Origin: Auanema rhodensis
Taxonomy: Eukaryota > Animalia > Nematoda
Direction of reading: 5' to 3'
Assembly: GCA_964057225.1 (NCBI GenBank)
Contig: OZ059900.1
Coordinates: 17,360,001-17,424,000 of the forward strand
DNA length: 64,000 bases
Made by a program: the position numbers and the translations under genes. Positions 1-11,286 of this stretch are shown here, one piece after another (positions within the stretch are counted from its first letter, which is position 1; the number at the start of each line of letters is the position of its first letter). The notes below the pieces were generated by a model. That model was not told the origin of the DNA. It did no database searches and was given only the letters and a program-made list of their open reading frames with translations.

Positions 1-41
1 GCATTTTACATGCTGAACACTAGAAAAATACAGAAACACAG

Positions 42-59
42 TATTTCCCATGAGAAATA
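42..59. other. 18-bp quasi-palindrome TATTTCCCATGAGAAATA (present in each monomer)
   Basis: Reverse complement is TATTTCTCATGGGAAATA; only the 48/53 pair is mismatched. Confidence 0.9.
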
Positions 60-231
60 TTTTATTATGCTGGAAAACCAGTTTTTGGAAATTTCGCTGT
101 AAACAAGGTTTTGACTTACGATTTCATGTGTTCAAACTCATGCAATGTCAATGAAACCTAGCTCAAAATTGTTCGTACAACGTCTAGTTCCACTTTCACG
201 ACAAAAAAACAAGGGTTAGAAAATTAAGGAA

Positions 232-268
232 ATTAGCATATTCTGAGGGCACGCCCTTTATGGCTAAT
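232..268. other. Imperfect inverted repeat ATTAGCATA...GGGC-AC-GCCC...TATGGCTAAT (present in each monomer)
   Basis: 232-240 pairs with 259-268 with a one-G bulge; the inner 247-250 pairs with 253-256. Confidence 0.75.
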
Positions 269-316
269 ATTGATTAAATCGATTTTTGTTCATATGAGTC
301 GTCAAATGCAACGAAT

Positions 317-359
317 TTCAGCATGTTACATACTAAAATGAAGCATTTTACATGCTGAA
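317..359. other. Nested inverted repeat TTCAGCRTG...TAAAATG-AAG-CATTTTA-CATGCTGAA (present once per period)
   Basis: 334-340 is the exact reverse complement of 344-350 (3-nt loop). 317-325 pairs with 351-359, perfectly in 323A copies and with one mismatch in consensus copies. Confidence 0.85.
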
Positions 360-1710
360 CACTAGAAAAATACAAAAACACAGTATTTCCCATGAGAAAT
401 ATTTTATTATGCTGGAAAACCAGTTTTTGGAAATTTCGCTGTAAACAAGGTTTTGACTTACGATTTCATGTGTTCAAACTCATGCAATGTCAATGAAACC
501 TAGCTCAAAATTGTTCGTACAACGTCTAGTTCCACTTTCACGACAAAAAAACAGGGGTTAGAAAATTAAGGAAATTAGCATATTCTGAGGGCACGCCCCT
601 TATGGCTAATATTGATTAAATCGATTTTTGTTCATATGAGTCGTCAAATGCAACGAATTTCAGCATGTTACATACTAAAATGAAGCATTTTACATGCTGA
701 ACACTAGAAAAATACAAAAACACAGTATTTCCCATGAGAAATATTTTATTATGCTGGAAAACCAGTTTTTGGAAATTTCGCTGTAAACAAGGTTTTGACT
801 TACGATTTCATGTGTTCAAACTCATGCAATGTCAATGAAACCTAGCTCAAAATTGTTCGTACAACGTCTAGTTCCACTTTCACGACAAAAAAACAAGGGT
901 TAGAAAATTAAGGAAATTAGCATATTCTGAGGGCACGCCCCTTATGGCTAATATTGATTAAATCGATTTTTGTTCATATGAGTCGTCAAATGCAACGAAT
1001 TTCAGCGTGTTACATACTAAAATGAAGCATTTTACATGCTGAACACTAGAAAAATACAAAAACACAGTATTTCCCATGAGAAATATTTTATTATGCTGGA
1101 AAACCAGTTTTTGGAAATTTCGCTGTAAACAAGGTTTTGACTTACGATTTCATCTGTTCAAACTCATGCAATGTCAATGAAACCTAGCTCAAAATTGTTC
1201 GTACAACGTCTAGTTCCACTTTCACGACAAAAAAACAGGGGTTAGAAAATTAAGGAAATTAGCATATTCTGAGGGCACGCCCCTTATGGCTAATATTGAT
1301 TAAATCGATTTTTGTTCATATGAGTCGTCAAATGCAACGAATTTCAGCGTGTTACATACTAAAATGAAGCATTTTACATGCTGAACACTAGAAAAATACA
1401 GAAACACAGTATTTCCCATGAGAAATATTTTATTATGCTGGAAAACCAGTTTTTGGAAATTTCGCTGTAAACAAGGTTTTGACTTACGATTTCATGTGTT
1501 CAAACTCATGCAATGTCAATGAAACCTAGCTCAAAATTGTTCGTACAACGTCTAGTTCCACTTTCACGACAAAAAAACAAGGGTTAGAAAATTAAGGAAA
1601 TTAGCATATTCTGAGGGCACGCCCTTTATGGCTAATATTGATTAAATCGATTTTTGTTCATATGAGTCGTCAAATGCAACGAATTTCAGCATGTTACATA
1701 CTAAAATGAA

Positions 1711-2052
1711 GCATTTTACATGCTGAACACTAGAAAAATACAAAAACACAGTATTTCCCATGAGAAATATTTTATTATGCTGGAAAACCAGTTTTTGGAA
1801 ATTTCGCTGTAAACAAGGTTTTGACTTACGATTTCATGTGTTCAAACTCATGCAATGTCAATGAAACCTAGCTCAAAATTGTTCGTACAACGTCTAGTTC
1901 CACTTTCACGACAAAAAAACAGGGGTTAGAAAATTAAGGAAATTAGCATATTCTGAGGGCACGCCCCTTATGGCTAATATTGATTAAATCGATTTTTGTT
2001 CATATGAGTCGTCAAATGCAACGAATTTCAGCGTGTTACATACTAAAATGAA
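1711..2052 (+). repeat. Reference consensus monomer (M6), 342 bp
   Basis: Carries the majority base at every variable site I scored. Hand count: 59 C + 57 G of 342 (33.9% GC), 10 CpG, many A/T tracts of 4-7 nt, single ClaI (ATCGAT) and NdeI (CATATG) sites. Confidence 0.93.
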
Positions 2053-5000
2053 GCATTTTACATGCTGAACACTAGAAAAATACAAAAACACAGTATTTCC
2101 CATGAGAAATATTTTATTATGCTGGAAAACCAGTTTTTGGAAATTTCGCTGTAAACAAGGTTTTGACTTACGATTTCATGTGTTCAAACTCATGCAATGT
2201 CAATGAAACCTAGCTCAAAATTGTTCGTACAACGTCTAGTTCCACTTTCACGACAAAAAAACAGGGGTTAGAAAATTAAGGAAATTAGCATATTCTGAGG
2301 GCACGCCCCTTATGGCTAATATTGATTAAATCGATTTTTGTTCATATGAGTCGTCAAATGCAACGAATTTCAGCATGTTACATACTAAAATGAAGCATTT
2401 TACATGCTGAACACTAGAAAAATACAAAAACACAGTATTTCCCATGAGAAATATTTTATTATGCTGGAAAACCAGTTTTTGGAAATTTCGCTGTAAACAA
2501 GGTTTTGACTTACGATTTCATGTGTTCAAACTCATGCAATGTCAATGAAACCTAGCTCAAAATTGTTCGTACAACGTCTAGTTCCACTTTCACGACAAAA
2601 AAACAAGGGTTAGAAAATTAAGGAAATTAGCATATTCTGAGGGCACGCCCCTTATGGCTAATATTGATTAAATCGATTTTTGTTCATATGAGTCGTCAAA
2701 TGCAACGAATTTCAGCGTGTTACATACTAAAATGAAGCATTTTACATGCTGAACACTAGAAAAATACAAAAACACAGTATTTCCCATGAGAAATATTTTA
2801 TTATGCTGGAAAACCAGTTTTTGGAAATTTCGCTGTAAACAAGGTTTTGACTTACGATTTCATGTGTTCAAACTCATGCAATGTCAATGAAACCTAGCTC
2901 AAAATTGTTCGTACAACGTCTAGTTCCACTTTCACGACAAAAAAACAAGGGTTAGAAAATTAAGGAAATTAGCATATTCTGAGGGCACGCCCCTTATGGC
3001 TAATATTGATTAAATCGATTTTTGTTCATATGAGTCGTCAAATGCAACGAATTTCAGCGTGTTACATACTAAAATGAAGCATTTTACATGCTGAACACTA
3101 GAAAAATACAAAAACACAGTATTTCCCATGAGAAATATTTTATTATGCTGGAAAACCAGTTTTTGGAAATTTCGCTGTAAACAAGGTTTTGACTTACGAT
3201 TTCATGTGTTCAAACTCATGCAATGTCAATGAAACCTAGCTCAAAATTGTTCGTACAACGTCTAGTTCCACTTTCACGACAAAAAAACAGGGGTTAGAAA
3301 ATTAAGGAAATTAGCATATTCTGAGGGCACGCCCCTTATGGCTAATATTGATTAAATCGATTTTTGTTCATATGAGTCGTCAAATGCAACGAATTTCAGC
3401 ATGTTACATACTAAAATGAAGCATTTTACATGCTGAACACTAGAAAAATACAAAAACACAGTATTTCCCATGAGAAATATTTTATTATGCTGGAAAACCA
3501 GTTTTTGGAAATTTCGCTGTAAACAAGGTTTTGACTTACGATTTCATGTGTTCAAACTCATGGAATGTCAATGAAACCTAGCTCAAAATTGTTCGTACAA
3601 CGTCTAGTTCCACTTTCACGACAAAAAAACAGGGGTTAGAAAATTAAGGAAATTAGCATATTCTGAGGGCACGCCCCTTATGGCTAATATTGATTAAATC
3701 GATTTTTGTTCATATGAGTCGTCAAATGCAACGAATTTCAGCATGTTACATACTAAAATGAAGCATTTTACATGCTGAACACTAGAAAAATACAAAAACA
3801 CAGTATTTCCCATGAGAAATATTTTATTATGCTGGAAAACCAGTTTTTGGAAATTTCGCTGTAAACAAGGTTTTGACTTACGATTTCATGTGTTCAAACT
3901 CATGCAATGTCAATGAAACCTAGCTCAAAATTGTTCGTACAACGTCTAGTTCCACTTTCACGACAAAAAAACAAGGGTTAGAAAATTAAGGAAATTAGCA
4001 TATTCTGAGGGCACGCCCCTTATGGCTAATATTGATTAAATCGATTTTTGTTCATATGAGTCGTCAAATGCAACGAATTTCAGCGTGTTACATACTAAAA
4101 TGAAGCATTTTACATGCTGAACACTAGAAAAATACAAAAACACAGTATTTCCCATGAGAAATATTTTATTATGCTGGAAAACCAGTTTTTGGAAATTTCG
4201 CTGTAAACAAGGTTTTGACTTACGATTTCATGTGTTCAAACTCATGCAATGTCAATGAAACCTAGCTCAAAATTGTTCGTACAACGTCTAGTTCCACTTT
4301 CACGACAAAAAAACAGGGGTTAGAAAATTAAGGAAATTAGCATATTCTGAGGGCACGCCCCTTATGGCTAATATTGATTAAATCGATTTTTGTTCATATG
4401 AGTCGTCAAATGCAACGAATTTCAGCGTGTTACATACTAAAATGAAGCATTTTACATGCTGAACACTAGAAAAATACAAAAACACAGTATTTCCCATGAG
4501 AAATATTTTATTATGCTGGAAAACCAGTTTTTGGAAATTTCGCTGTAAACAAGGTTTTGACTTACGATTTCATGTGTTCAAACTCATGCAATGTCAATGA
4601 AACCTAGCTCAAAATTGTTCGTACAACGTCTAGTTCCACTTTCACGACAAAAAAACAGGGGTTAGAAAATTAAGGAAATTAGCATATTCTGAGGGCACGC
4701 CCCTTATGGCTAATATTGATTAAATCGATTTTTGTTCATATGAGTCGTCAAATGCAACGAATTTCAGCATGTTACATACTAAAATGAAGCATTTTACATG
4801 CTGAACACTAGAAAAATACAAAAACACAGTATTTCCCATGAGAAATATTTTATTATGCTGGAAAACCAGTTTTTGGAAATTTCGCTGTAAACAAGGTTTT
4901 GACTTACGATTTCATGTGTTCAAACTCATGCAATGTCAATGAAACCTAGCTCAAAATTGTTCGTACAACGTCTAGTTCCACTTTCACGACAAAAAAACAA

Positions 5001-8000
5001 GGGTTAGAAAATTAAGGAAATTAGCATATTCTGAGGGCACGCCCCTTATGGCTAATATTGATTAAATCGATTTTTGTTCATATGAGTCGTCAAATGCAAC
5101 GAATTTCAGCGTGTTACATACTAAAATGAAGCATTTTACATGCTGAACACTAGAAAAATACAAAAACACAGTATTTCCCATGAGAAATATTTTATTATGC
5201 TGGAAAACCAGTTTTTGGAAATTTCGCTGTAAACAAGGTTTTGACTTACGATTTCATGTGTTCAAACTCATGCAATGTCAATGAAACCTAGCTCAAAATT
5301 GTTCGTACAACGTCTAGTTCCACTTTCACGACAAAAAAACAGGGGTTAGAAAATTAAGGAAATTAGCATATTCTGAGGGCACGCCCCTTATGGCTAATAT
5401 TGATTAAATCGATTTTTGTTCATATGAGTCGTCAAATGCAACGAATTTCAGCGTGTTACATACTAAAATGAAGCATTTTACATGCTGAACACTAGAAAAA
5501 TACAAAAACACAGTATTTCCCATGAGAAATATTTTATTATGCTGGAAAACCAGTTTTTGGAAATTTCGCTGTAAACAAGGTTTTGACTTACGATTTCATG
5601 TGTTCAAACTCATGCAATGTCAATGAAACCTAGCTCAAAATTGTTCGTACAACGTCTAGTTCCACTTTCACGACAAAAAAACAGGGGTTAGAAAATTAAG
5701 GAAATTAGCATATTCTGAGGGCACGCCCCTTATGGCTAATATTGATTAAATCGATTTTTGTTCATATGAGTCGTCAAATGCAACGAATTTCAGCATGTTA
5801 CATACTAAAATGAAGCATTTTACATGCTGAACACTAGAAAAATACAAAAACACAGTATTTCCCATGAGAAATATTTTATTATGCTGGAAAACCAGTTTTT
5901 GGAAATTTCGCTGTAAACAAGGTTTTGACTTACGATTTCATGTGTTCAAACTCATGCAATGTCAATGAAACCTAGCTCAAAATTGTTCGTACAACGTCTA
6001 GTTCCACTTTCACGACAAAAAAACAGGGGTTAGAAAATTAAGGAAATTAGCATATTCTGAGGGCACGCCCCTTATGGCTAATATTGATTAAATCGATTTT
6101 TGTTCATATGAGTCGTCAAATGCAACGAATTTCAGCGAGTTACATACTAAAATGAAGCATTTTACATGCTGAACACTAGAAAAATACAAAAACACAGCAT
6201 TTCCCATGAGAAATATTTTATTATGCTGGAAAACCAGTTTTTGGAAATTTCGCTGTAAACAAGGTTTTGACTTACGATTTCATGTGTTCAAACTCATGCA
6301 ATGTCAATGAAACCTAGCTCAAAATTGTTCGTACAACGTCTAGTTCCACTTTCACGACAAAAAAACAGGGGTTAGAAAATTAAGGAAATTAGCATATTCT
6401 GAGGGCACGCCCCTTATGGCTAATATTGATTAAATCGATTTTTGTTCATATGAGTCGTCAAATGCAACGAATTTCAGCGTGTTACATACTAAAATGAAGC
6501 ATTTTACATGCTGAACACTAGAAAAATACAAAAACACAGTATTTCCCATGAGAAATATTTTATTATGCTGGAAAACCAGTTTTTGGAAATTTCGCTGTAA
6601 ACAAGGTTTTGACTTACGATTTCATGTGTTCAAACTCATGCAATGTCAATGAAACCTAGCTCAAAATTGTTCGTACAACGTCTAGTTCCACTTTCACGAC
6701 AAAAAAACAGGGGTTAGAAAATTAAGGAAATTAGCATATTCTGAGGGCACGCCCCTTATGGCTAATATTGATTAAATCGATTTTTGTTCATATGAGTCGT
6801 CAAATGCAACGAATTTCAGCGTGTTACATACTAAAATGAAGCATTTTACATGCTGAACACTAGAAAAATACAAAAACACAGTATTTCCCATGAGAAATAT
6901 TTTATTATGCTGGAAAACCAGTTTTTGGAAATTTCGCTGTAAACAAGGTTTTGACTTACGATTTCATGTGTTCAAACTCATGCAATGTCAATGAAACCTA
7001 GCTCAAAATTGTTCGTACAACGTCTAGTTCCACTTTCACGACAAAAAAACAGGGGTTAGAAAATTAAGGAAATTAGCATATTCTGAGGGCACGCCCCTTA
7101 TGGCTAATATTGATTAAATCGATTTTTGTTCATATGAGTCGTCAAATGCAACGAATTTCAGCGTGTTACATACTAAAATGAAGCATTTTACATGCTGAAC
7201 ACTAGAAAAATACAGAAACACAGTATTTCCCATGAGAAATATTTTATTATGCTGGAAAACCAGTTTTTGGAAATTTCGCTGTAAACAAGGTTTTGACTTA
7301 CGATTTCATGTGTTCAAACTCATGCAATGTCAATGAAACCTAGCTCAAAATTGTTCGTACAACGTCTAGTTCCACTTTCACGACAAAAAAACAAGGGTTA
7401 GAAAATTAAGGAAATTAGCATATTCTGAGGGCACGCCCTTTATGGCTAATATTGATTAAATCGATTTTTGTTCATATGAGTCGTCAAATGCAACGAATTT
7501 CAGCATGTTACATACTAAAATGAAGCATTTTACATGCTGAACACTAGAAAAATACAAAAACACAGTATTTCCCATGAGAAATATTTTATTATGCTGGAAA
7601 ACCAGTTTTTGGAAATTTCGCTGTAAACAAGGTTTTGACTTACGATTTCATGTGTTCAAACTCATGCAATGTCAATGAAACCTAGCTCAAAATTGTTCGT
7701 ACAACGTCTAGTTCCACTTTCACGACAAAAAAACAGGGGTTAGAAAATTAAGGAAATTAGCATATTCTGAGGGCACGCCCTTTATGGCTAATATTGATTA
7801 AATCGATTTTTGTTTATATGAGTCGTCAAATGCAACGACTTTCAGCGTGTTACATACTAAAATGAAGCATTTTACATGCTGAACACTAGAAAAATACAAA
7901 AACACAGTATTTCCCATGAGAAATATTTTATTATGCTGGAAAACCAGTTTTTGGAAATTTCGCTGTAAACAAGGTTTTGACTTACGATTTCATGTGTTCA

Positions 8001-11000
8001 AACTCATGCAATGTCAATGAAACCTAGCTCAAAATTGTTCGTACAACGTCTAGTTCCACTTTCACGACAAAAAAACAGGGGTTAGAAAATTAAGGAAATT
8101 AGCATATTCTGAGGGCACGCCCCTTATGGCTAATATTGATTAAATCGATTTTTGTTCATATGATTCGTCAAATGCAACGAATTTCAGCGTGTTACATACT
8201 AAAATGAAGCATTTTACATGCTGAACACTAGAAAAATACAAAAACACAGTATTTCCCATGAGAAATATTTTATTATGCTGGAAAACCAGTTTTTGGAAAT
8301 TTCGCTGTAAACAAGGTTTTGACTTACGATTTCATGTGTTCAAACTCATGCAATGTCAATGAAACCTAGCTCAAAATTGTTCGTACAACGTCTAGTTCCA
8401 CTTTCACGACAAAAAAACAGGGGTTAGAAAACTAAGGAAATTAGCATATTCTGAGGGCACGCCCCTTATGGCTAATATTGATTAAATCGATTTTTGTTCA
8501 TATGAGTCGTCAAATGCAACGACTTTCAGCGTGTTACATACTAAAATGAAGCATTTTACATGCTGAACACTAGAAAAATACAAAAACACAGTATTTCCCA
8601 TGAGAAATATTTTATTATGCTGGAAAACCAGTTTTTGGAAATTTCGCTGTAAACAAGGTTTTGACTTACGATTTCATGTGTTCAAACTCATGCAATGTCA
8701 ATGAAACCTAGCTCAAAATTGTTCGTACAACGTCTAGTTCCACTTTCACGACAAAAAAACAGGGGTTAGAAAATTAAGGAAATTAGCATATTCTGAGGGC
8801 ACGCCCCTTATGGCTAATATTGATTAAATCGATTTTTGTTCATATGAGTCGTCAAATGCAACGAATTTCAGCGTGTTACATACTAAAATGAAGCATTTTA
8901 CATGCTGAACACTAGAAAAATACAAAAACACAGTATTTCCCATGAGAAATATTTTATTATGCTGGAAAACCAGTTTTTGGAAATTTCGCTGTAAACAAGG
9001 TTTTGACTTACGATTTCATGTGTTCAAACTCATGCAATGTCAATGAAACCTAGCTCAAAATTGTTCGTACAACGTCTAGTTCCACTTTCACGACAAAAAA
9101 ACAGGGGTTAGAAAATTAAGGAAATTAGCATATTCTGAGGGCACGCCCCTTATGGCTAATATTGATTAAATCGATTTTTGTTCATATGAGTCGTCAAATG
9201 CAACGAATTTCAGCGTGTTACATACTAAAATGAAGCATTTTACATGCTGAACACTAGAAAAATACAAAAACACAGTATTTCCCATGAGAAATATTTTATT
9301 ATGCTGGAAAACCAGTTTTTGGAAATTTCGCTGTAAACAAGGTTTTGACTTACGATTTCATGTGTTCAAACTCATGCAATGTCAATGAAACCTAGCTCAA
9401 AATTGTTCGTACAACGTCTAGTTCCACTTTCACGACAAAAAAACAAGGGTTAGAAAATTAAGGAAATTAGCATATTCTGAGGGCACGCCCCTTATGGCTA
9501 ATATTGATTAAATCGATTTTTGTTCATATGAGTCGTCAAATGCAACGAATTTCAGCGTGTTACATACTAAAATGAAGCATTTTACATGCTGAACACTATA
9601 AAAATACAAAAACACAGTATTTCCCATGAGAAATATTTTATTATGCTGGAAAACCAGTTTTTGGAAATTTCGCTGTAAACAAGGTTTTGACTTACGATTT
9701 CATGTGTTCAAACTCATGCAATGTCAATGAAACCTAGCTCAAAATTGTTCGTACAACGTCTAGTTCCACTTTCACGACAAAAAAACAGGGGTTAGAAAAC
9801 TAAGGAAATTAGCATATTCTGAGGGCACGCCCCTTATGGCTAATATTGATTAAATCGATTTTTGTTCATCAGAGTCGTCAAATGCAACGAATTTCAGCGT
9901 GTTACATACTAAAATGAAGCATTTTACATGCTGAACACTAGAAAAATACAAAAACACAGTATTTCCCATGAGAAATATTTTATTATGCTGGAAAACCAGT
10001 TTTTGGAAATTTCGCTGTAAACAAGGTTTTGACTTACGATTTCATGTGTTCAAACTCATGCAATGTCAATGAAACCTAGCTCAAAATTGTTCGTACAACG
10101 TCTAGTTCCACTTTCACGACAAAAAAACAGGGGTTAGAAAATTAAGGAAATTAGCATATTCTGAGGGCACGCCCCTTATGGCTAATATTGATTAAATCGA
10201 TTTTTGTTCATATGAGTCGTCAAATGCAACGAATTTCAGCGTGTTACATACTAAAATGAAGCATTTTACATGCTGAACACTAGAAAAATACAAAAACACA
10301 GTATTTCCCATGAGAAATATTTTATTATGCTGGAAAACCAGTTTTTGGAAATTTCGCTGTAAACAAGGTTTTGACTTACGATTTCATGTGTTCAAACTCA
10401 TGCAATGTCAATGAAACATAGCTCAAAATTGTTCGTACAACGTCTAGTTCCACTTTCACGACAAAAAAACAGGGGTTAGAAAATTAAGGAAATTAGCATA
10501 TTCTGAGGGCACGCCCCTTATGGCTAATATTGATTAAATCGATTTTTGTTCATATGAGTCGTCAAATGCAACGAATTTCAGCGTGTTACATACTAAAATG
10601 AAGCATTTTACATGCTGAACACTAGAAAAATACAAAAACACAGTATTTCCCATGAGAAATATTTTATTATGCTGGAAAACCAGTTTTTGGAAATTTCGCT
10701 GTAAACAAGGTTTTGACTTACGATTTCATGTGTTCAAACTCATGCAATGTCAATGAAACCTAGCTCAAAATTGTTCGTACAACGTCTAGTTCCACTTTCA
10801 CGACAAAAAAACAGGGGTTAGAAAACTAAGGAAATTAGCATATTCTGAGGGCACGCCCCTTATGGCTAATATTGATTAAATCGATTTTTGTTCATATGAG
10901 TCGTCAAATGCAACGAATTTCAGCGTGTTACATACTAAAAGGAAGCATTTTACATGCTGAACACTAGAAAAATACAAAAACACAGTATTTCCCATGAGAA

Positions 11001-11286
11001 ATATTTTATTATGCTGGAAAACCAGTTTTTGGAAATTTCGCTGTAAACAAGGTTTTGACTTACGATTTCATGTGTTCAAACTCATGCAATGTCAATGAAA
11101 CCTAGCTCAAAATTGTTCGTACAACGTCTAGTTCCACTTTCACGACAAAAAAACAGGGGTTAGAAAACTAAGGAAATTAGCATATTCTGAGGGCACGCCC
11201 CTTATGGCTAATATTGATTAAATCGATTTTTGTTCATATGAGTCGTCAAATGCAACGAATTTCAGCGTGTTACATACTAAAATAAA

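Larger units (their letters stand above)
1..7524 (+). repeat. Sub-array domain A (M1-M22), marked by 323A, 212A and a 4-SNP monomer type (33G+212A+257T+323A)
   Basis: 323A (CAGCATGTT) occurs in M1, 2, 5, 7, 10, 11, 14, 17 and 22 and was not seen after ~7505. The 4-SNP type is at M1, M5 and M22. 224C, 298T and 315C are absent here. Confidence 0.85.

Noticed and set aside
10-154. Short ORFs in each monomer: 10-102 (MLNTRKIQKHSISHEKYFIMLENQFLEISL, 30 aa) and 50-154 (MRNILLCWKTSFWKFRCKQGFDLRFHVFKLMQCQ, 34 aa)
   Set aside because: Lengths are expected by chance, the peptides have no recognisable motif, and there is no evidence of expression or codon-level constraint.
171-187. CENP-B box-like GTTCGTACAACGTCTAG
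   Set aside because: Matches TTCG and the central A but none of the CGGG, so only 5 of the 9 essential positions.
211-229. Telomere-like GGGTTAG, TTAGG in the 226T variant, and a possible G-quadruplex
   Set aside because: Single isolated motif per monomer, not tandem; too few closely spaced G-runs for a G4.
1-342. Primate alpha-satellite dimer (similar ~340-bp length)
   Set aside because: I see none of the alphoid consensus motifs, and the two halves are far less similar than alphoid monomers are; only the length agrees.
1-342. 5S rRNA, tRNA, snRNA or spliced-leader tandem gene unit
   Set aside because: No recognisable 5S sequence, cloverleaf, or convincing Pol III A/B boxes on either strand. 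An Infernal/Rfam scan would be the decisive check.
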